Assembly (NCBI GenBank): GCA_045628525.1
Contig: JAZQPJ010000056.1
Location: forward strand, 615 to 64,614
Source of the DNA: Bacteroidales bacterium
Lineage (GTDB): Bacteria; Bacteroidota; Bacteroidia; Bacteroidales; UBA3663
Length of the DNA: 64,000 nucleotides
Direction of reading: 5' to 3'
Both the position numbers and the translations under genes were made by a program. This document shows, piece after piece, positions 40,542-50,020 of this stretch (position 1 is the first letter of the stretch; the number at the start of each line of letters is the position of its first letter). Under the pieces are notes generated by a model that saw only the letters and a list, made by a program, of their open reading frames with translations, searched no databases and was not told the origin of the DNA.

Positions 40542-41024
40542 ATGAAAATTCTCATCATCAATGGCCCAAACCTCAACCTTTTGGGCCGCAGGGAGCCAGG
40601 AATCTACGGTGCTCAGACCTTTGAGGACTATCTGCAGACGTTGCGCCTGGCTTACCCGGACGTTGAGATCACCTACTTCCAGAGCAACCACGAGGGCGAC
40701 ATTGTGGATGCTATCCATCGTGCCGGTTTTGGCAACGAGGCCAACCTGAGCGACGCGGAGCATCGCACGGCATCGGCCATCGGGCTGCAGGACGGCATAG
40801 TGCTCAACGCCGGTGCCTACACCCACACCAGCGTGGCCATCCACGACGCCATCAAGGCGGTGAAGACGCCCGTCATCGAGGTGCACATCAGCAACGTGCA
40901 TCAGCGCGAGGAATTCCGCCACCACTCCTACATCAGCCCGGCCGCCAGCGGCATCGTGGTCGGCTTCGGCATCGATGGGTATCGGCTGGCAGTAGAAGGG
41001 TTATTAAAGGGAGTGAAAGGGTAG
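40542..41024 (+). CDS. aroQ: Type II 3-dehydroquinate dehydratase
   Basis: NGPNLNLLGRREP, QSNHEG, NAGAYTHTS and EVHISN motifs. Confidence 0.97.
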   Translation: MKILIINGPNLNLLGRREPGIYGAQTFEDYLQTLRLAYPDVEITYFQSNHEGDIVDAIHRAGFGNEANLSDAEHRTASAIGLQDGIVLNAGAYTHTSVAIHDAIKAVKTPVIEVHISNVHQREEFRHHSYISPAASGIVVGFGIDGYRLAVEGLLKGVKG

Positions 41025-41068
41025 TGAAAACCCTTCATAGTGTTATTTTAAGGTATTGAAAAAAATTT

Positions 41069-42505
41069 ATGATTCAGAAGAAAACGAAGATCGTCTGCAC
41101 GATCAGCGACATCAACTGCGATGTCGATTTTATCCGCGACCTCTATGAGCGCGGTTTGAATGTAGTACGAATGAACACGGCACACGCCAACGACGAGGGC
41201 ATCCGCCGCCTGATCGCCAACGTGCGCACCGTGAGCGAGAATATCCCGATCCTGATCGACACCAAGGGCCCGGAGATCCGCACCACCCAGTTCCCCGACG
41301 ACTACACCGTCAAGGCGCTCATCTTCGAGCCGGGCGAACAGGTGCGCATGGTGGGCCGCCCCGATGGCCGCACCACCCACGACGAGATCGCGATGAACTA
41401 TGCCGACTTCTGCCAGGACGTCTCGGTGGGCGACACCGTGCTGATTGACGATGGCGAGATTGCCTTCAAGGTGATCGACCGCCAGGGCGACGCCCTCATC
41501 GCCGAGGCACAGAACCATGGCGAGCTGGGCCAGCGCAAGAGCGTCAACGTGCCGGGCGTGAGCATCAAGCTGCCATCGCTCACCGACAAGGACCGCCACA
41601 ACATCGACCTTGCCATCGCCGAGGACATCGACTTCATCGCCCACTCTTTTGTGCGCTCCAAGCAGGATGTACTCGACATCCAAGAGATCCTCGATGCCCA
41701 GCATTCGAAGATCAAGATCATTGCCAAGATCGAGAACCAGGAGGGTGTGGATAACATCGACGAGATTCTGGACGTGGCCTACGGCGTGATGGTGGCACGC
41801 GGCGACCTCGGCATCGAGGTGGCACAGGAGAAGATCCCGGGCATCCAGCGCATGCTGATCCGCAAGTGCATGCAGCGTCATAAGCCGGTGATCGTGGCCA
41901 CCCAGATGCTGCACACCATGATCAAGAACCCAAGGCCTACGCGTGCCGAGATTTCGGACATTGCCAACGCCGTCTTTGCCCACACCGATGCCGTGATGCT
42001 CAGCGGCGAGACCGCATACGGTGCCTATCCGCGTGAGGCCGTGCAGACCATGGCACAGGTGTGCCAGGAGGCCGAATACGAGCTGGAGAGCCAGCCATAC
42101 GCAGTGCCACGCAACCTCAACGGCATTTCGGACAACGCCAACATTTACCTCTGTAAGCACGCAGCCATCGCCACCGAGAGCCTGGGCGTCAAGTCGATCA
42201 TCACATCGAACAACACCGGCGTCACCAGTCGCACCCTCTGCAGCTTCCGCCCTCAGGTGCCCATCTATGCGCTCTGCAACGACATGCACACCGTGCGCAG
42301 CCTCAACCTCAGTTTCGGTGTGCAGCCCTACTACGTTGAGTTTTCTGATGCCTCGATGGGCAACCACATGTTCCAGCAGCTCGGCATCCGTCAGCTCCTG
42401 GCCAAGGAGATCATCAGCGACGACGAGCTGGTAGCCTGCCTGCTCGGTGCCACCAGCAAGGGCGCGTATTCGCTGGCGATCAATACGGTGAATCGGTTGA
42501 AGTAA
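41069..42505 (+). CDS. pyk: Pyruvate kinase
   Basis: KTKIVCT, DTKGPEIR, IAKIE, MVARGDLG, ATQML and MLSGETA motifs. Confidence 0.97.
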   Translation: MIQKKTKIVCTISDINCDVDFIRDLYERGLNVVRMNTAHANDEGIRRLIANVRTVSENIPILIDTKGPEIRTTQFPDDYTVKALIFEPGEQVRMVGRPDGRTTHDEIAMNYADFCQDVSVGDTVLIDDGEIAFKVIDRQGDALIAEAQNHGELGQRKSVNVPGVSIKLPSLTDKDRHNIDLAIAEDIDFIAHSFVRSKQDVLDIQEILDAQHSKIKIIAKIENQEGVDNIDEILDVAYGVMVARGDLGIEVAQEKIPGIQRMLIRKCMQRHKPVIVATQMLHTMIKNPRPTRAEISDIANAVFAHTDAVMLSGETAYGAYPREAVQTMAQVCQEAEYELESQPYAVPRNLNGISDNANIYLCKHAAIATESLGVKSIITSNNTGVTSRTLCSFRPQVPIYALCNDMHTVRSLNLSFGVQPYYVEFSDASMGNHMFQQLGIRQLLAKEIISDDELVACLLGATSKGAYSLAINTVNRLK

Positions 42506-42514
42506 GGAAGACGA

Positions 42515-42565
42515 AGGTTCGAAAAGTTCGAAAGGTTCGAAAAGTTTGAAAGGTTCGAAAGGTTC
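42515..42565 (+). repeat. 9-bp tandem repeat (AA(G/A)GTTCGA), about six copies
   Basis: Directly visible between pyk and the methyltransferase. Confidence 0.85.
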
Positions 42566-42571
42566 CACTTT

Positions 42572-43285
42572 ATGCAAAAAGAACTGCGATACGAAGAGAT
42601 AGCCGATGCCCTGGACGAATACGTCCGCGCGCACATCGACCCCGAGCCTGAGCTGCTGCACCAATTGCAGCGGCTCACGCATTTGCGCCTCACCTATCCG
42701 CGCATGTGTTCGGGGCATCTGCAGGGCCGTCTGCTCAAGATGCTCTGCCAGATGGCGGGGGCACATCGCATCCTGGAGCTCGGCACCTTCAGCGGCTACT
42801 CTGCCCTCTCGATGGCCGAAGCCCTCACGCCCGACCCCGTCACCGGCCAGTGCGAGCTGCACACCATCGAGGTATTCGACGAGCTGGAGGACTTCCTGCA
42901 GGAGGTGATGCAGAAAGCCGGCACATTGGGCGAACGCATCCACCTGCATTTCGGCGACGCTTTGACGCTGATACCTTCGGTAAGTGAGGAGTTAGGAGTG
43001 AGGTGTGAGGAAAGCGCAGCGCCCTGGGATGTCGTTTTCATCGATGCCGACAAGCGCATCTACGACCAATACTACGAACTGGTGCTCCCCCATGTCCGCC
43101 CCGGCGGCCTCATCCTGGCCGACAACACGCTGTGGGACGGCAAAGTGCTCGACCCCTCGCCCAAGGCATCGGACACCCAGACCCTCGGTCTGCAACGCTT
43201 CAACGACCTGGTGGTCAGCGATCCTCGCGTCGAGAAAGTCATCCTCCCGATGCGCGACGGCCTCACCATCATACGAGTGAAATGA
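42572..43285 (+). CDS. SAM-dependent O-methyltransferase
   Basis: ILELGTFSGYS, VFIDADK, GGLILADN and RDGLT motifs. Confidence 0.93.
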   Translation: MQKELRYEEIADALDEYVRAHIDPEPELLHQLQRLTHLRLTYPRMCSGHLQGRLLKMLCQMAGAHRILELGTFSGYSALSMAEALTPDPVTGQCELHTIEVFDELEDFLQEVMQKAGTLGERIHLHFGDALTLIPSVSEELGVRCEESAAPWDVVFIDADKRIYDQYYELVLPHVRPGGLILADNTLWDGKVLDPSPKASDTQTLGLQRFNDLVVSDPRVEKVILPMRDGLTIIRVK

Positions 43286-43383
43286 TAAAATGATATAATT
43301 ATAAAATGATAGAATTCCTCTCCGGTTTGCAATTCGGCAGCAATTCTTTCATTTTTTCATTCTTTAATTCTATAATTCCAAAT

Positions 43384-43719
43384 ATGGAGAATACCCGATT
43401 AGACAAAGTCAACCGCCTGCTCGAAAAGGAGCTCGCAGAAATCCTGCGACAGGAAACCGCCAAGACCCATGGCCTGCTGGTCAGCGTGAGTGCCGTGCGC
43501 ACCGCACCCGACCTCTCGTTCGCCCGCGTCTTCGTCAGCGTCTTCCCTTCGGCCCAGGGCAAGCAGGTAGTCGATAACCTCAACAACCAGGTGAGCGGCA
43601 TCCGCGGCGCCCTCGGCAACAAGGTGCGCTACCAGCTCCGCGTCATCCCTGAGCTCCGCTTCGACATCGATGACTCGCTCGACTATCTGGAGCGTATCGA
43701 CGAACTGCTCAAGAAGTAA
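43384..43719 (+). CDS. rbfA: Ribosome-binding factor A
   Basis: RLDKVNRLL, PDLSFARVFVS and LRVIPELRFDIDDSL motifs. Confidence 0.95.
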   Translation: MENTRLDKVNRLLEKELAEILRQETAKTHGLLVSVSAVRTAPDLSFARVFVSVFPSAQGKQVVDNLNNQVSGIRGALGNKVRYQLRVIPELRFDIDDSLDYLERIDELLKK

Positions 43720-43737
43720 TCTGTAATCTGTAATTCA

Positions 43738-45006
43738 ATGCGTCTCGCATTGCACATCGCCCTACGCTACCTCTTCTCTCCGAAGAGCCATTCGGCCATC
43801 AACCTCATCACGTTGGTGGCTGCTTGCGGTGTGGGCATCATCACGGCAGCCATGATCTGCTGCCTGTCAGTCTATAACGGATTCGAGCAGCTGGTGGGAG
43901 ACCTCACCTCGCGCTTCGATCCCGATCTGCGCATCGAGGCCACACAGGGCAAGACGTTCAGCGATTCGCCCCAGTTGCGCGAACAGCTGCTCAGCCATCC
44001 CGATGTCGAGGCAGTCAACGCAACGCTCGAAGAGACCGTGCTGCTCAGCTACAGCGGCCGACAGCTCCCAGCCATCATGAAGGGAGTGGATGAGGGCTTT
44101 GCCTCAGTTTCGCAGATTGACAGCATCCTGCTCGGTGCCGACGGCTTCCTGCTCAAGGACGAAGTGGCCGACTACTGTGTCCCTGGAGCCGGCCTGGCAT
44201 CAGTGCTCGGCATCGGACGCGGCTTCGTACGCCCCATCACCGTCTATTGCCCCCGTCGCGAAGGCAAGATCAGCCTCACCAATCCTGACGAGGCCTTTGC
44301 ACAGCATTACCTGTATTGCAGCAACATCTTCATGGTGCAGCAGGCCGACTATGACGACCAGTATTTCCTCTGTTCCCTCCCCATCGCCCGCCAGCTGCTG
44401 GGCGACAGCCTTCTCACTTCGGCCTACGAGGTGAAGCTGCGTGCAGGAGCAAAGACCCAACGTGTACAAAAGGAATTGCTCCAAATCATCGACGCCAATT
44501 CCTCACTCCTCACTCCTAGCTCCTCATTGAGCGAAGTGCCTCATTCCTCATTTACAATATTGAACCGCCATGAGCAGCAGGCCGATGCCTACCGCATCAT
44601 GCAGATCGAGAAGTGGATCACCTTCCTGCTCATCGTCTTCATCATGCTCATTGCCTCGTTCAATGCCATCGGAGCCCTCTCCATGCTCATCATTGACAAA
44701 GAGGCACAGATCACCACGCTACGGAACCTCGGTGCCTCCAGCAGCCTCAACCGCAGGATCTTCACCTTCCTGGGCTGGCTCATCACAGGCAGCGGTGCCC
44801 TCTGCGGCGCACTCCTGGGTGTCATCCTGTGCCTCCTGCAGCAACACTTCGGATTCATCACCCTCGGGTCGGGCGACACCACCCGCTACGTCGTCTCGGC
44901 CTACCCCGTATATCTCCAGTGGGGCGACGTCCTGCTCACCCTCGCTGCCGTCACCCTCATCGGCTGGCTGGCTACATTCTATACCGTGAGGAGCCAGAGA
45001 CTTTGA
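43738..45006 (+). CDS. LolC/E (FtsX-like) ABC permease
   Basis: IALRYL, SVYNGF, IASFNAIG and LRNLGA motifs; four transmembrane segments. Confidence 0.88.
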   Translation: MRLALHIALRYLFSPKSHSAINLITLVAACGVGIITAAMICCLSVYNGFEQLVGDLTSRFDPDLRIEATQGKTFSDSPQLREQLLSHPDVEAVNATLEETVLLSYSGRQLPAIMKGVDEGFASVSQIDSILLGADGFLLKDEVADYCVPGAGLASVLGIGRGFVRPITVYCPRREGKISLTNPDEAFAQHYLYCSNIFMVQQADYDDQYFLCSLPIARQLLGDSLLTSAYEVKLRAGAKTQRVQKELLQIIDANSSLLTPSSSLSEVPHSSFTILNRHEQQADAYRIMQIEKWITFLLIVFIMLIASFNAIGALSMLIIDKEAQITTLRNLGASSSLNRRIFTFLGWLITGSGALCGALLGVILCLLQQHFGFITLGSGDTTRYVVSAYPVYLQWGDVLLTLAAVTLIGWLATFYTVRSQRL

Positions 45007-45050
45007 GGCGATGGCATAAAGCAAATAATATATATTAAAGGAGAAATAAT

Positions 45051-45092
45051 AATCCCGTCCTCGCTATTGTCAATTGTAGCGAGGGCGGGATT
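45051..45092. terminator. Hairpin terminator between convergent genes
   Basis: AATCCCGTCCTCGCTA...TAGCGAGGGCGGGATT stem. Confidence 0.75.
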
Positions 45093-45144
45093 GCTTTGCT
45101 TATCGAATCGAATAAGATTACCTTGCTTACGGAATCGATTAAAG

Positions 45145-45849
45145 TTACAGATTGAACTTCACAGCCAGCGTTGGATTGATATAGAACTTATCGTTCTTGC
45201 CAGTCTGGCCCGAGTAGATGAAGTTGCTCGAAACTTCGACCTCAGTACCTACCGAGATCTTGCTGTTGACATTGTACCAGAGCTGTGGCTCAGCAAGGAA
45301 CACCATGTGGCGATCACCCCACCAGGCCTTCTCGCTCCAGATATCAGCAAAACCCGAGAATGTGCACTTGCCCTGTGCGAAGGTTGTGCTCCACACACCG
45401 GTCAGCTGTGCGCTGGCGTATGCATCGTAGCTGCCATGTCCGAAGAACTGCTTGTAGAGCAACTGTACCGAATAAGTGGTCGAGAAGTCGGCATTGTGGC
45501 CATTCCATGCCGGACCAATCAGGGCCGAAGTCTGGAAGCTGCTACCCAGGTTCAAACCACCATCATACTCGATGTGTGCAGCAAAGCCCTTGTTGCCCAC
45601 ATTGAACTCGCGGCTCACCTCCGTGTAGGCACCTGCCGAGCCATGCTGGTTGATATCCATATCGACGAAGTAGAACCACGAACCGAGATCATCGGCCGAG
45701 AACTTCTCGAACGTAACAGTGAAGTTCTGGCGACCAGCCTCATCATCGCTGTACAGATTGCGGCCGAAGTCGTAATGTAACTGAATATTCTGTGCGTTGG
45801 CAGCAACTGCACCGGCTGCCATAAGGATCATTGCAAAAATCTTTTTCAT
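45145..45849 (-). CDS. DUF5020 / Tsx-like outer-membrane nucleoside channel
   Basis: Signal peptide; QNIQLHYDFG, GSWFYFVD and EPQLWYN motifs; last gene of the salvage operon. Confidence 0.8.
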   Translation of the reverse strand: MKKIFAMILMAAGAVAANAQNIQLHYDFGRNLYSDDEAGRQNFTVTFEKFSADDLGSWFYFVDMDINQHGSAGAYTEVSREFNVGNKGFAAHIEYDGGLNLGSSFQTSALIGPAWNGHNADFSTTYSVQLLYKQFFGHGSYDAYASAQLTGVWSTTFAQGKCTFSGFADIWSEKAWWGDRHMVFLAEPQLWYNVNSKISVGTEVEVSSNFIYSGQTGKNDKFYINPTLAVKFNL

Positions 45850-45887
45850 AATATTTAATTTTTGATAAAATACTCTAAACTCTACAC

Positions 45888-46547
45888 TCAGATCTTATCC
45901 CCGTACATCAGATCACCCGCGTCGCCCAATCCAGGCACGATGTACTTGTGCTCGTTCAGGATCGGATCGATGGCGCCGCACACCAGCACCACGTCGTCGC
46001 TTGGGAAGGCCTTCTTCAGCGCCTTCACGCCCGTCTGCGAGGCAATGACGCAAGCCATCACCAGTCGGCGGGGCGTGCCCTTGGTCTTCAGTGCCTCGAA
46101 GGCGAGCTCCAGGCTGCCGCCGGTGGCCAGCATCGGATCGACCAGGATCAGCGTCTTGCCGTCGAGGCTGGGCGATGCACAGTACTCGATCTTGATGCCC
46201 ACCTCGTTCATCTCGCGATCCTTATAATAACGATAGGCCGAGACGAAGGCGTTGCCCGCCTTGTCGAAGATGTCGAGGAAGCTCTGGTGCAGCGGCAAGC
46301 CGGCACGGAACACGGTGCCCACCACCACATCGTCCGAGCAGACATTCACCGGGCACTCTGCCAATGGGGTCTGCACCGTTCGGTTCTCGTACGACAGGAA
46401 CTTGCTGATCTCGTATGCCTCGATATGTCCGATGCGGACAATGTTCTGACGGAAACGCATACGCTCCTCCTGCACATTCACGTCACGCAGCTCTGCCAGG
46501 AAGTTGTTCAGGATGCTACAGCTTTCGCTTAGGTTGATTACTTTCAT
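45888..46547 (-). CDS. upp: Uracil phosphoribosyltransferase
   Basis: RAGL, DPMLATGGS and YIVPGLGDAGD motifs. Confidence 0.96.
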   Translation of the reverse strand: MKVINLSESCSILNNFLAELRDVNVQEERMRFRQNIVRIGHIEAYEISKFLSYENRTVQTPLAECPVNVCSDDVVVGTVFRAGLPLHQSFLDIFDKAGNAFVSAYRYYKDREMNEVGIKIEYCASPSLDGKTLILVDPMLATGGSLELAFEALKTKGTPRRLVMACVIASQTGVKALKKAFPSDDVVLVCGAIDPILNEHKYIVPGLGDAGDLMYGDKI

Positions 46548-47887
46548 AATTCTTCCTTTATATCATGTTTTTCTTTTCCATTGAAGCTCTTCACCTTCAT
46601 GCCCAGCTGCTCAGGCAGCACGGCATTTAGCACGATGCCCACCAGCGCAGCAATGGCCAGGCCCGACAGATGTACGCTGCCGATGGCCACGCTGTCACCT
46701 GCTCCGTACTTCACGCCGATGGCCAGCACCAGGATCAGGGCAGCCACGAAGACGTTGCGCGAGCTTGAGAAATCGACATGCGACTCCACCAGGTTGCGAA
46801 CGCCCACCGATGAGATCATACCGTACAGGATCAGGCTCACGCCGCCGATGGTGGCAGCTGGCATCAGGCCGATGATGCAGGCGAACTTGGGGCAGAAGCT
46901 CAGCGCGATGCTGAAGCAGGCTGCCAGACGGATCACGGCAGGATCGAACACACGGGTGAGGTTCAGCACGCCGGTGTTCTCACCATAGGTCGTATTGGCA
47001 GGAGCACCGAAAGCACTGGCCAGGGCGGTAGCCAGACCGTCGCCCGTCAGGGTGCGGTGCAAGCCCGGCCTGTCGAGGAAGTCCTTGCCCACGGTCGATG
47101 AGATGGCACACATGTCGCCAATGTGCTCCATGATTGTGGCAAAGGCGATAGGCACGATGGCAATGATGCTGCTCAACAGCAACGTTGAATCGAGGTTGTC
47201 AAAGACAGCCAGGATGCTGGTCTCGCGGCTGAAAGGCAGACCAAACCAGGCGGCCTCACTCACGCTCGAGAAATCCACCTCGCCCATCACGGCAGCCAAG
47301 ACGTACGACACCACCACACCCAGCAGGATCGGGATGATCTTGATGATGCCCTTGCCCCAGATGCTGGCACCGATCACCGTGACGATGGCCACGATGGCCA
47401 GCAGCCAGTTGGTGGTGCAGTTGCTGATGGCCGAGCCCGAAAGGGTCAGACCGATGGCAATGACCATAGGACCGGTCACCACAGGAGGGAAGAAGCGCAA
47501 CACCCTGCCCGTGCCGAAGGCCTTGATCAGCGCAGCCATCACAAAGTAGCAAAGGCCGGCGCAGAGCACGCCCACACAGGCATAGTCAAGCGACAACGTC
47601 TCGCTCAACCCCTGCGCCATGCCCATCTCCTTGACCGACAGATAGCCACCGATGAAGGCGAAACTCGAGCCCAGGAACGCCGGCACCTGGCGCCTGGAAA
47701 TGAAATGGAACAGCAATGTGCCCAGACCCGCCATGAGCAGCGTGGTCGAAACCGACAGGCCCGTCAGCGCAGGCACAAGGATCGTGGCACCGAACATGGC
47801 AAACAGATGCTGGATGCCCAGGATCGTAAACTTACCGTACCCCAGCTTGCGGGCATCGGTAATTCCTTGTTGTGGTTGAAATTCCAT
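46544..47887 (-). CDS. uraA: Uracil permease (NCS2)
   Basis: QHLFAMFGATILVP, FLGSSFAF, EHIGD and NTTYGEN motifs. Confidence 0.9.
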   Translation of the reverse strand: MEFQPQQGITDARKLGYGKFTILGIQHLFAMFGATILVPALTGLSVSTTLLMAGLGTLLFHFISRRQVPAFLGSSFAFIGGYLSVKEMGMAQGLSETLSLDYACVGVLCAGLCYFVMAALIKAFGTGRVLRFFPPVVTGPMVIAIGLTLSGSAISNCTTNWLLAIVAIVTVIGASIWGKGIIKIIPILLGVVVSYVLAAVMGEVDFSSVSEAAWFGLPFSRETSILAVFDNLDSTLLLSSIIAIVPIAFATIMEHIGDMCAISSTVGKDFLDRPGLHRTLTGDGLATALASAFGAPANTTYGENTGVLNLTRVFDPAVIRLAACFSIALSFCPKFACIIGLMPAATIGGVSLILYGMISSVGVRNLVESHVDFSSSRNVFVAALILVLAIGVKYGAGDSVAIGSVHLSGLAIAALVGIVLNAVLPEQLGMKVKSFNGKEKHDIKEEL

Positions 47888-47991
47888 AGTATAATGTTTT
47901 TCGTGTACCCCCAAAATCCCTCCAATACTCTTTAGAAATCCTTCATAGAAATCAAAGGAAATCAAAAAAACAGGATTCAGGGATTGATTTC

Positions 47992-49305
47992 CTATGATTT
48001 CTTTGATGGATCAGAATGGGGCAGTACCAGATTCAGCACGACAGCCAGCAGGAAGACGACAGCCACGCAGTTCTCGGCAAAGACGGTCTGCACGATCTGT
48101 GGGAAGATGGAGAACATCTCGGTGGCCTGCGTGAAGCCGAGACCCACGCTGAGCGACAGGGCCACGATGACCATGTTGCGATCGGTGAAGCCGCACTTGG
48201 CCAGCATGCCGAAGCCGGCGTACATGATCGAGCCGAACATCATGATGGTGCAGCCGCCCAGCACAGCCTGTGGGATGGTGGTCAGCAAGGTACCCACAGC
48301 AGGGAACACACCGCCGATGATCATGATGCAGGCACCCGTGGCGATGGCAAAGCGGTTGACCACGCCTGAGAGTGAAGCCAGGCCCACATTCTGCGAGAAC
48401 GAGGTGATAGGGGTACAGCCGAAGACGCCGGCCACAGAGCTCACGAAGCCGTCGGCCGAGATGCTGGCGCCCAACTCACGCTGCGTAGGCATTCGCTTCA
48501 AGGCACCCGAGCAGAGGGCACTGGTATCGCCGATGGTCTCGGTGGCCGACACCATGAAGATGGCCATGATCGAGAGCGTAGCACCCAGGTTGAACTCGAA
48601 GCCGAAAGGCAACAATTTAGGCAACGACACGAAGCCGACATTCGAGAGGCCCGAGAAGTCAACCATGCCCATGCACACAGCCAGGATGTAGCCCACAATC
48701 AGGCCCACCAGCACCGACAGCGAACGCAGGAAGCCCTTGGCAAACACCTGGCAGCCGAGGCACACCAGCAGGGTGACGGTGCCCACGATCCAGTTCTGCA
48801 TCGAGCCGAAGTCCTCAGCGCCCTGACCGCCGGCGAACGAGTTGGCACCGATAGGCAGCAGCGAGAAGCCGATGGCCGTAACCACCGTGGCAGCCACGAT
48901 GGGCGAAATGATCTTGATCCAATACTTGGCAAACAGGCCCAGCAGGCCCTCGAACAGACCGCCGATGATCACGGCGCCCATCAGCACGCCCATGCCCTGC
49001 GTGGTGGCAATGAAGATGGCTAGCGACAGGAAGGTGAAGCTGATGCCCATGACGACAGGCAGACGTGAGCCGATGCGCCACACCGGATAGAGCTGCACCA
49101 GGGTGCCGATGCCGGCAATGATCATACAGTTCTGCACCAGGGCGGCACTCAGGGCAGGGTCGATGCCTGCCACATTGGCCAGGATGATGATTGGCGTGAT
49201 GTTGGACACGAACATGGCCAACACGTGCTGGAGGCCGAATGGCACAGCCTGCACCAAAGGCACGCGTCCATCCAGCTGATAAAGGTTACTCTTCTCGTTT
49301 TTCAT
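47992..49305 (-). CDS. pbuX: Xanthine permease (NCS2)
   Basis: GLQHVLAMF, ETIGD and TSFSQNVG motifs; follows xpt. Confidence 0.85.
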   Translation of the reverse strand: MKNEKSNLYQLDGRVPLVQAVPFGLQHVLAMFVSNITPIIILANVAGIDPALSAALVQNCMIIAGIGTLVQLYPVWRIGSRLPVVMGISFTFLSLAIFIATTQGMGVLMGAVIIGGLFEGLLGLFAKYWIKIISPIVAATVVTAIGFSLLPIGANSFAGGQGAEDFGSMQNWIVGTVTLLVCLGCQVFAKGFLRSLSVLVGLIVGYILAVCMGMVDFSGLSNVGFVSLPKLLPFGFEFNLGATLSIMAIFMVSATETIGDTSALCSGALKRMPTQRELGASISADGFVSSVAGVFGCTPITSFSQNVGLASLSGVVNRFAIATGACIMIIGGVFPAVGTLLTTIPQAVLGGCTIMMFGSIMYAGFGMLAKCGFTDRNMVIVALSLSVGLGFTQATEMFSIFPQIVQTVFAENCVAVVFLLAVVLNLVLPHSDPSKKS

Positions 49306-49335
49306 AAGGTGATAATATAAAAGTGGTGTATTCTA

Positions 49336-49956
49336 TTATACAGCGCTCAGCTTGGCGCCAGTGAGTGGCTTGGCCTCCTGCTCGCGGAACTTGATGGTCT
49401 GCGTCTGCCAGTCCATTGACTCCACGATGGCGAGCGACTCCACGCGGTAGCCCTCGGCACGGAGTTCGCGTCCGCCCTTCTGCTGGCCCTTCTCCACAGC
49501 GATGCCGATGCCCATCACCTCACCGCCAGCCTGATGCACCAGGTCGATCAGGGCGTGGGCTGCCTCGCCGTCGGCCAGGAAGTCGTCCACGATCAAGACC
49601 TTGTCCGTGGCGTGCAGGTAGGGACGCGAGATGAAGATGTTGTTCATCTTCTTGTGCGTAAACGAATAGGCCTGCGACACGTACTTGTCGTCGGTGCTGT
49701 TGGCCGTCTGGCTCTTCTTGGCAAAGACCACAGGCACGTCGTACAGATGTCCGAGCAACGTGGCAATGGCGATACCGCTGGCCTCGATGGTCAGTACCTT
49801 GTTGATCTCCACACCCCGGAAGCGACGCTTGAACTCGTAGGCCATCTGGCGCATGATGTCAATGTCAATCTGATGATTGAGGAAGCTGTCCACTTTCAGG
49901 ATGTTACCCTCCTTGATGCTGCCATCCTGGAGGATTTTTTCTTCGAGGAAATTCAT
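49336..49956 (-). CDS. xpt: Xanthine phosphoribosyltransferase
   Basis: LKVDSFLNHQID, TIEASGI and IVDDFLA motifs. Confidence 0.95.
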   Translation of the reverse strand: MNFLEEKILQDGSIKEGNILKVDSFLNHQIDIDIMRQMAYEFKRRFRGVEINKVLTIEASGIAIATLLGHLYDVPVVFAKKSQTANSTDDKYVSQAYSFTHKKMNNIFISRPYLHATDKVLIVDDFLADGEAAHALIDLVHQAGGEVMGIGIAVEKGQQKGGRELRAEGYRVESLAIVESMDWQTQTIKFREQEAKPLTGAKLSAV

Positions 49957-50020
49957 GATAGTATGCGTATTTCTTATAGATTGTTTTACAGGTAATGAGC
50001 CCAAAGGGTTGCAGGTCGGA

